Of a stretch of 63,111 nucleotides of DNA, positions 57,748 to 63,111 are shown piece after piece. The translations under genes were made by a program, and so were the position numbers. The stretch is taken from NCBI GenBank assembly GCA_033178465.1, contig GCA_033178465.1_4726.1, one strand, 5' to 3'. The notes under the pieces were generated by a model. It saw only the letters and a program-made list of their open reading frames with translations. It searched no databases and was not told the origin of the DNA. This DNA is from a phage. Each line of letters starts with the position of its first letter. Position 1 is the first letter of the stretch.

Positions 57748-58349
57748 GTCTACAACACGTTAAAGATACCCCAACCAAACGTCTATTTGAACGTAAATTC
57801 GAATTCTGGATTCCCCGTAAATTCATGGTGGATAACTACACCAACGAAGTCAGCGGTGTCTACTCTTCAGGGGTTGCAGAAATCGACGATATGGCCATGA
57901 ACGAAGAGGTGCCCGCACAGCTCACGGTACCGCAGGCTGCTGAAAAACATTCTCGTGGTGTCCCTATGCGTATTGCAAATCCTGACGTGAACGCCATGAA
58001 GATGTTCATGCTTCTTCTGGAACACACGGAATACGTTAAATACAATCTCGAAAACGACCCTAACGCACGCGTACCGTCTCTCGAAGCCAGCCGTATCCTC
58101 GAAGAGTTCATGGGTGGTCTGTGGAACGTTGCGCGCGGTCGTATTAAAGACCCAACCGAAATGAGCGGATTATCTTCACGTTTACGTGAAATCGGCCAGC
58201 GCCGTAAAATCGGCATCAACCGCGCACGTCGTGGTGGTCTCAACGCAGGCCCAACCGTTGAAGAGCAACTGCAAGCGGTTCGTCACAGCGAATTCCGTGG
58301 TACGAAGATCGAAGAATTCATCATTCAACAACAGCAACGGGGTCGCTAA
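57744..58349 (+). CDS. hypothetical protein (201 aa)
   Basis: ATGA-coupled ORF. Confidence 0.7.
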   Translation: MSLQHVKDTPTKRLFERKFEFWIPRKFMVDNYTNEVSGVYSSGVAEIDDMAMNEEVPAQLTVPQAAEKHSRGVPMRIANPDVNAMKMFMLLLEHTEYVKYNLENDPNARVPSLEASRILEEFMGGLWNVARGRIKDPTEMSGLSSRLREIGQRRKIGINRARRGGLNAGPTVEEQLQAVRHSEFRGTKIEEFIIQQQQRGR

Positions 58350-58351
58350 AC

Positions 58352-59719
58352 ATGGATTACAAACAGACGCCGTTAGGACGGTATATCGGTACGTTTGCGC
58401 AGGAAGCAGTTGCTGTTGCGTATAAAGTCACCGCGGAATTAATCACGCCGTCAATGACGGTGTCTGTTCCTTTAGTGACTCAAGTCCACACGTATCGAGA
58501 CTATGAACGTAACGCAGGGGATGAACTTTATATTTCTGTAAAGTTCCCACCAGGCAGTTACGGAAAATACATTCTACCGTACCAACAACAACTTAAAATG
58601 CGCATCATCGTGCAGGCGTACAGCCTGATGCGCGGACAACGCCAAACCGTAGACGATGCCGCACAAGCTTACGTCTACCGAGCGGTTTGTTTAACAACCG
58701 TAGACAGTCGTATGTCTGCTACCGACGAACGTACCGCAACCGATTCTTCGAAGAAAGACTATGAACAAATGGTCGATCTTCAATTTCAACTGTTCGATCC
58801 TGTTCTTGAAAGCTTCATGCAATCAGAAACCGGTGAGAACTATACTGGTTCGAAAGTGTTGGATGTGTTGCGACTTGAATTCAGCAAGATACTTTCTGCG
58901 GTTGAAGCTGACACCGGATTCAAAATGCAAGGCGTGGATATTGTTGCACCGAATAACGACAATCCGTTCAAGTTGCTTATTCTTCCGCACGGTACCAACG
59001 CAATGGATCTCGTAGATAAAATACAGAACCAGGTCGGTATCTATTCAGCGGATGTCGGTTGTTATTATCAATCACCGTATCTGTATATTTATCCTCTCTA
59101 CGACGAAACCCGTTTCTCTGACGGTCGACGCACGGCTATCTTTTACAACTATCCTGCCGATATGTTTCCAGGTATGGACAAAACCTGGATCAATCGTGAT
59201 AAATACGTGGAAATTGCGTGTACGAGAGGGGCGTCGGTAAGCGACATCAATAACGCGGCTTCGTTGTTAGGTAATGCGGGCGGGCGTTTTGTTTCGGCAA
59301 GTCAGATGAGTCAGGGAATGACATTATCAAAAGGGGGTGATACGATAATCAGTCGTACCGTAAACGTTAGCGAGTACGTAACGGAAGAACGTAGCGATAA
59401 CGTGAAGGTGGCGAAAGGGATGGGGCGCGTAACCGATAACCGATGGCGTGAATTAAGTAATACTGCTGGATTACGCGGTAGAACAATGCAGTTGGTGTGG
59501 GAATACGCAAACATGGATATGTTGTATCCCGGCATGCCTGCTAAAGTTGTGTGGATGCAGGATAACAATCTCTGCGAAGCATACGGGGTTATCATGCGTA
59601 CCGATTGCGCCGTTACGATGGCAGGTTCTTCTGTACGTGAACCACAGTGGACATGTCATGGTACGGTCACGTTATGGATCGCACCAGAAAAAGACAATAC
59701 CGTTCGTCCAACCGTTTAA
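58352..59719 (+). CDS. hypothetical protein (455 aa)
   Basis: Starts 3 nt after previous stop; followed by conserved palindromic hairpin 59724-59756. Confidence 0.75.
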   Translation: MDYKQTPLGRYIGTFAQEAVAVAYKVTAELITPSMTVSVPLVTQVHTYRDYERNAGDELYISVKFPPGSYGKYILPYQQQLKMRIIVQAYSLMRGQRQTVDDAAQAYVYRAVCLTTVDSRMSATDERTATDSSKKDYEQMVDLQFQLFDPVLESFMQSETGENYTGSKVLDVLRLEFSKILSAVEADTGFKMQGVDIVAPNNDNPFKLLILPHGTNAMDLVDKIQNQVGIYSADVGCYYQSPYLYIYPLYDETRFSDGRRTAIFYNYPADMFPGMDKTWINRDKYVEIACTRGASVSDINNAASLLGNAGGRFVSASQMSQGMTLSKGGDTIISRTVNVSEYVTEERSDNVKVAKGMGRVTDNRWRELSNTAGLRGRTMQLVWEYANMDMLYPGMPAKVVWMQDNNLCEAYGVIMRTDCAVTMAGSSVREPQWTCHGTVTLWIAPEKDNTVRPTV

Positions 59720-59723
59720 TATT

Positions 59724-59756
59724 CCCTCTCCCTTCCCTTTACGGGTTGGGAGAGGG
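59724..59756 (+). terminator. conserved palindromic hairpin element (family A) followed by TTCTATGCTG
   Basis: CCCTCTCCCTTCCCTTTACGGGTTGGGAGAGGG after stop of 58352-59719. Confidence 0.6.
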
Positions 59757-59783
59757 TTCTATGCTGTCTTAAGCGCATCACTC

Positions 59784-59837
59784 CAGTTTATTTCGCGACT
59801 ATATTACCTAGGTGATAACAACGGTTACTGTTATCAC
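59784..59837 (+). promoter_or_regulatory. conserved promoter-like element with downstream perfect inverted repeat GTGATAACA-N8-TGTTATCAC
   Basis: Second copy of 36-bp element; ~50 nt upstream of gene start 59871. Confidence 0.45.
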
Positions 59838-59870
59838 TGTAAATTTCTCTTAATAACCGAGGATACAAAC

Positions 59871-60644
59871 ATGACAGATATTTACATCAAACTGGCTGAT
59901 GACGCTCTTGACACATTACTGGCTGACTACCAGGTCCCAGAACAGACGGATAGTTTCAACGAAATTGTTGGGGCGGACGAAGGACGACATTGGATATTTT
60001 CTCCTGTGGAAAATCAATCGCGCCTTGGTTATCGTACCGTAGAAACATTTAAGGTCGCTCGAATCTTTCGCGCTGCAAAAGACAACACGTATTTCGTTTA
60101 CATAACTCAGGATCATTCCGATGAACCGGGCTACCTAATAAAACTCGATGCGTACGAAGCTGAACGTAAGCTCGAATACGCTCTTAACGAGATTCGTCCG
60201 CGAATCACAAAGAAACGTCGTAGCACCGGTATTCTCCGCGATCTACCAACGATTTATCTTGAAGTCGTTGAACTCCTTAGTCGTCGAGACACTTCGGAAC
60301 TTGTTGAAACGAACAAGCCGATCTATATTCATCCTGAATGCCATACCACGTACGATCGTTACTTAACGATAACAGGTGGTGTAGCAGCGCCATCACCAGT
60401 CGATATTGGCGAGTGGAGAATGATTCGTGAGATCTATCCTGACGGCCGTATCGTGACGTTTTGCGGTCGTACCTGTCTACCTTGCGATGCGTTGAATGAA
60501 AAAGTCCTTTCCGCTTATTTCTCAACGCTAACAAATTCCCGACAGTTCTATGCACTCGTCGTCGATTCCCAGAAAGAATCCATAACCGGTAACGCGGGAT
60601 CGTACTCCGGCTACCCCCACCATTTCTACGCCGATCCTGAGTAA
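59871..60644 (+). CDS. hypothetical protein, paralogue of 60730-61632 (Cys-containing conserved C-terminal domain)
   Basis: ATG at 59871 with AGGATA RBS (track ORF extends upstream through terminator and promoter-like element); C-terminal PIYIHPECHTTYDRYLTITGG…GEWRMIREIYPDGRIVTF matches neighbour. Confidence 0.7.
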   Translation: MTDIYIKLADDALDTLLADYQVPEQTDSFNEIVGADEGRHWIFSPVENQSRLGYRTVETFKVARIFRAAKDNTYFVYITQDHSDEPGYLIKLDAYEAERKLEYALNEIRPRITKKRRSTGILRDLPTIYLEVVELLSRRDTSELVETNKPIYIHPECHTTYDRYLTITGGVAAPSPVDIGEWRMIREIYPDGRIVTFCGRTCLPCDALNEKVLSAYFSTLTNSRQFYALVVDSQKESITGNAGSYSGYPHHFYADPE

Positions 60645-60729
60645 CCCAATATTGGTAGGGCCCTAAACAAAGGAGCCCTACCAGCATCACAAAACCGCAA
60701 TCATCCTTATCGTAATCAAGGAGCTCAAC

Positions 60730-61632
60730 ATGACCATCATTTATCGTGAATTATCCGCTGAACAACAGGCACATTTCCTCGCAATGAAACAACGTTTGGT
60801 CGACAAAACAGAACTTTTAAACAAGACGACCGATGAGTGCATCTGGGTGTTATCTGACGACGCCAACGACAGCCTATGCTCCGTATATATCGAATCAATC
60901 GTTTTCTTCAATGCACCACACAACGACAATAACGCAATCTTCTTTCTCAAAGATCCCAGCGTTCCTGGGGGGATCTCTTATCTTACAAAACCTCGCGAAC
61001 AAGCGTGCGCGAGTATCTTTGGATTACTCGAAAACCTGAGAATCAGGTATAACGGAATGCTGACAACCGTTCCTGATCTTTACGTCAAAGCAATCAAGAA
61101 GTACTATACGAAAGAACCTGTAATCGACTTAAAGAAAGAATTTGACAATTTCAAAATCGACACATCATCGCTCTCAATAGAGAAATGCGATGATATCGAT
61201 AGAACGGAAATGACCGGACCTATCTATCGTCATCCTTGTTGTTCTGAAGGGTTCGATACTTACCTTACCGTTACAACCGGATACGGCAATACGCCACCCA
61301 AAGACGTTCTTATCGGAACATGGTGCGTCGTTCGTGAAGTTTACCCAGACGGTACAATTATTACCGCTGATGGTGATAGACTCGCTCCAGCGATAAGTAC
61401 CTACGCCGACACCTTCAAAAACGAAGGAACGTTCGACCGTCAAAATTTGGTTTACTACGTACTCGCGGTTAATTCAAATCGTCCTTCTCAACAAGGTTTC
61501 TCATCAACAAGGCAAAATGCGCCATACGGCTATCATCCACACAACAACATGTTCAACCAATCTAACCCGTACTACGATGCAATTCAACGAGTACAACAAC
61601 AGGTCAGTCCTTGTAACTCGAAGACTAAGTAA
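60730..61632 (+). CDS. hypothetical protein, paralogue of 59871-60644
   Basis: 300-aa ORF, AAGGAG RBS; PIYRHPCCSEGFDTYLTVTTG…GTWCVVREVYPDGTIITA. Confidence 0.7.
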   Translation: MTIIYRELSAEQQAHFLAMKQRLVDKTELLNKTTDECIWVLSDDANDSLCSVYIESIVFFNAPHNDNNAIFFLKDPSVPGGISYLTKPREQACASIFGLLENLRIRYNGMLTTVPDLYVKAIKKYYTKEPVIDLKKEFDNFKIDTSSLSIEKCDDIDRTEMTGPIYRHPCCSEGFDTYLTVTTGYGNTPPKDVLIGTWCVVREVYPDGTIITADGDRLAPAISTYADTFKNEGTFDRQNLVYYVLAVNSNRPSQQGFSSTRQNAPYGYHPHNNMFNQSNPYYDAIQRVQQQVSPCNSKTK

Positions 61633-61707
61633 ACCTTAACAAACTTAAATCAGTCTATGCATTGATTCTTCTATCCGCAACCCACCTAACATAGAAAGGT
61701 AAAAACG

Positions 61708-62277
61708 ATGTTCAATCCAGAAATCATGATTCTTGATCCTTGGTATCTCAACAAACTTCCAGGAATCAAAATGCCAGGCGATCCTCACGCGTTCGATTTG
61801 ATGGTTGTTGCCGAAGTTACCAGTAATACGGTTAACACCATCGACGATGATGAGGTTCCTGTTGAAGAGGTGTTCTCTGTTACCACGACGTTACTGGAAA
61901 GTCGAGAGCTGACCGAAAACGGCTGCGCCGACGAAATCATTCCTATCGATGGTGAGATGGAGATCATGTTAACACAGGTCGAGTTACAGCATCGCGTCGC
62001 ACCAACAAAAGACACGCCTTATGACAATGAACCTGCAGAACAACCCGATGAGAACGGTCGAGTAAAACTTGCCGACATCGACGACGATGCTCTCGAAGAG
62101 ATCGACGAAAACGAAGAAACGAACTTCTACCAAGCTGAAGCGAAAGAAGCGTTTGATAAAGCGGTTCAGCATGATCGACGTATCACCGAGAAGATGATCC
62201 AGCAACAACTTATCGGTAAACGTCTTAAGCTCGAATTCGCAAGCGGGGTGCTTACTACCTGGTCACTCATCGTCTAA
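61708..62277 (+). CDS. hypothetical acidic protein
   Basis: 189-aa ORF, AAAGGTAAA RBS. Confidence 0.65.
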   Translation: MFNPEIMILDPWYLNKLPGIKMPGDPHAFDLMVVAEVTSNTVNTIDDDEVPVEEVFSVTTTLLESRELTENGCADEIIPIDGEMEIMLTQVELQHRVAPTKDTPYDNEPAEQPDENGRVKLADIDDDALEEIDENEETNFYQAEAKEAFDKAVQHDRRITEKMIQQQLIGKRLKLEFASGVLTTWSLIV

Positions 62278-62347
62278 AACCGAAACAACGTTTTCATTTC
62301 CAAATCACATACCCAACAATCTAAATCCAATTAAGAGGACAACATTT

Positions 62348-62749
62348 ATGTTTAATATTCTTAGTGTACCGCGTTCCCCTGTGAGTTCTTACTTCGGTAT
62401 TATGACCAGTAAAGAACACAATGTGGAATATACTGTTATCGCTAAAGACCCATCACCGATCAACGTAACGTTTGCTGAAGGTACTACCGAACTCGTTCCG
62501 TTAAACGGTGAATTCAGTAAACCTGTTAACGGCGTCTATGAACTCATCACTCGCGATCCGAATAACAACGCGACCTACCGTGTGGTGTGTGCGTTCAACA
62601 ATAACAAACTGGTTATCGTTGCGGATAGCCGAGGATTATCGTGGATGGCTGATGAAGGCGCACATCGTTACTACGAAGAGTGCTTACGAACCGCAGGCAT
62701 CTACGATCTGGTAATGGACGCCCGTGCTAAAAACGACCGTATGTTTTAA
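62348..62749 (+). CDS. hypothetical protein
   Basis: 133-aa ORF, AAGAGGA RBS. Confidence 0.65.
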   Translation: MFNILSVPRSPVSSYFGIMTSKEHNVEYTVIAKDPSPINVTFAEGTTELVPLNGEFSKPVNGVYELITRDPNNNATYRVVCAFNNNKLVIVADSRGLSWMADEGAHRYYEECLRTAGIYDLVMDARAKNDRMF

Positions 62750-62755
62750 ATTATC

Positions 62756-63082
62756 ATGATTACTCGAGAAATCATTTACGACGCTATTATCGAATGCCGT
62801 CATCGCGTCATGCGTGGAACGGTATATAACTACCACTTAAATAACATTATCAGTGAATGTATGGCGGTGATGACTAGCGCGCTGGGTAAACCTAGCGCTA
62901 TCGCACTTTATCCAAACATCACTGAACAGGAGCAAATCAATATCGAAAACCAACGTCGAGTGAATCGCCAATACGATGTAACAGCCATGCACGCATGGCT
63001 TATCGTTGCAGCGAAACTCAACACGCTTCTCACTGAGAACGGCTGGAAATTTTCACCTAATGAATTCATGACAATAAGTTAA
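62756..63082 (+). CDS. hypothetical protein
   Basis: 108-aa ORF; followed at window edge by start of conserved hairpin (63098-63111). Confidence 0.6.
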   Translation: MITREIIYDAIIECRHRVMRGTVYNYHLNNIISECMAVMTSALGKPSAIALYPNITEQEQINIENQRRVNRQYDVTAMHAWLIVAAKLNTLLTENGWKFSPNEFMTIS

Positions 63083-63111
63083 TCAAAGCGGTCATAACCC
63101 CTCCTCCTTCC

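Noticed and set aside
9769-59756. Possibility that the recurring ~33-bp GC-rich repeat is a CRISPR array
   Set aside because: Copies are kilobases apart, separated by full-length genes, occur in both orientations, and are imperfect palindromes; no regularly spaced repeat-spacer structure and no cas genes
59547-59870. Upstream 108-codon extension of ORF 59547-60644
   Set aside because: Extension runs through the end of the preceding gene, the conserved terminator hairpin and the promoter-like element; ATG at 59871 has an RBS

Overview
The window reads as a densely packed (about 93% coding) segment of a large virulent, jumbo-type phage genome, not a bacterial chromosome. I call 53 protein-coding genes in long co-directional blocks with short intergenic gaps, many coupled by overlapping stop/start codons (ATGA/TAATG), and found no rRNA, tRNA, CRISPR array, integrase or transposase. 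Intergenic spacers carry GC-rich hairpins. All calls rest on reading the sequence and motif recall; no database search or folding was run.

Main content, in order:
- 49-14864 (+): a receptor-binding module. It holds a lambda Stf/P2 gpH-type tail fibre (5230-9198) with tandem ~40-aa fibre repeats, two other large fibre-like proteins, a ~150-aa N-terminal module present three times (twice as a separate small gene, once fused), a lipoprotein directly after the fibre gene, and a paralogous pair with a near-identical C-terminus.
- 14930-17997 (-): a four-gene operon ending in a TARG1/DarG-type macrodomain, which I rate the best anti-defence candidate.
- 21147-25458 (+): a tandem array of small genes of ~130-200 aa; four of them are clearly paralogous and each is bounded by a hairpin.
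- 25459-29077 (-): an HNH homing endonuclease, a DEDD-type exonuclease-domain protein, and an unusual ~500-bp ORF-free stretch.
- 29299-30609 (+): an M48/HtpX-like zinc metalloprotease with a C-terminal membrane anchor.
- 44459-54414 (+): six paralogous proteins with a shared N-terminal motif and acidic Ala/Glu-rich N-terminal regions, resembling processed head-internal or ejection proteins. One member (44459-45781) has strongly host-optimised codon usage.
- Non-coding signals: a ~33-bp near-palindromic GC-rich hairpin recurs at least seven times, usually followed by TCTATG; a 36-bp element containing TATATTAC occurs twice. From memory these resemble the phiKZ late (TATG) and early (TATATTAC) promoter motifs, which would suggest a phiKZ-like phage with ~47% GC, but this is unverified.

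Start codons were moved from the ORF track where the track began at TTG/GTG and an ATG with a Shine-Dalgarno sequence lay just downstream.
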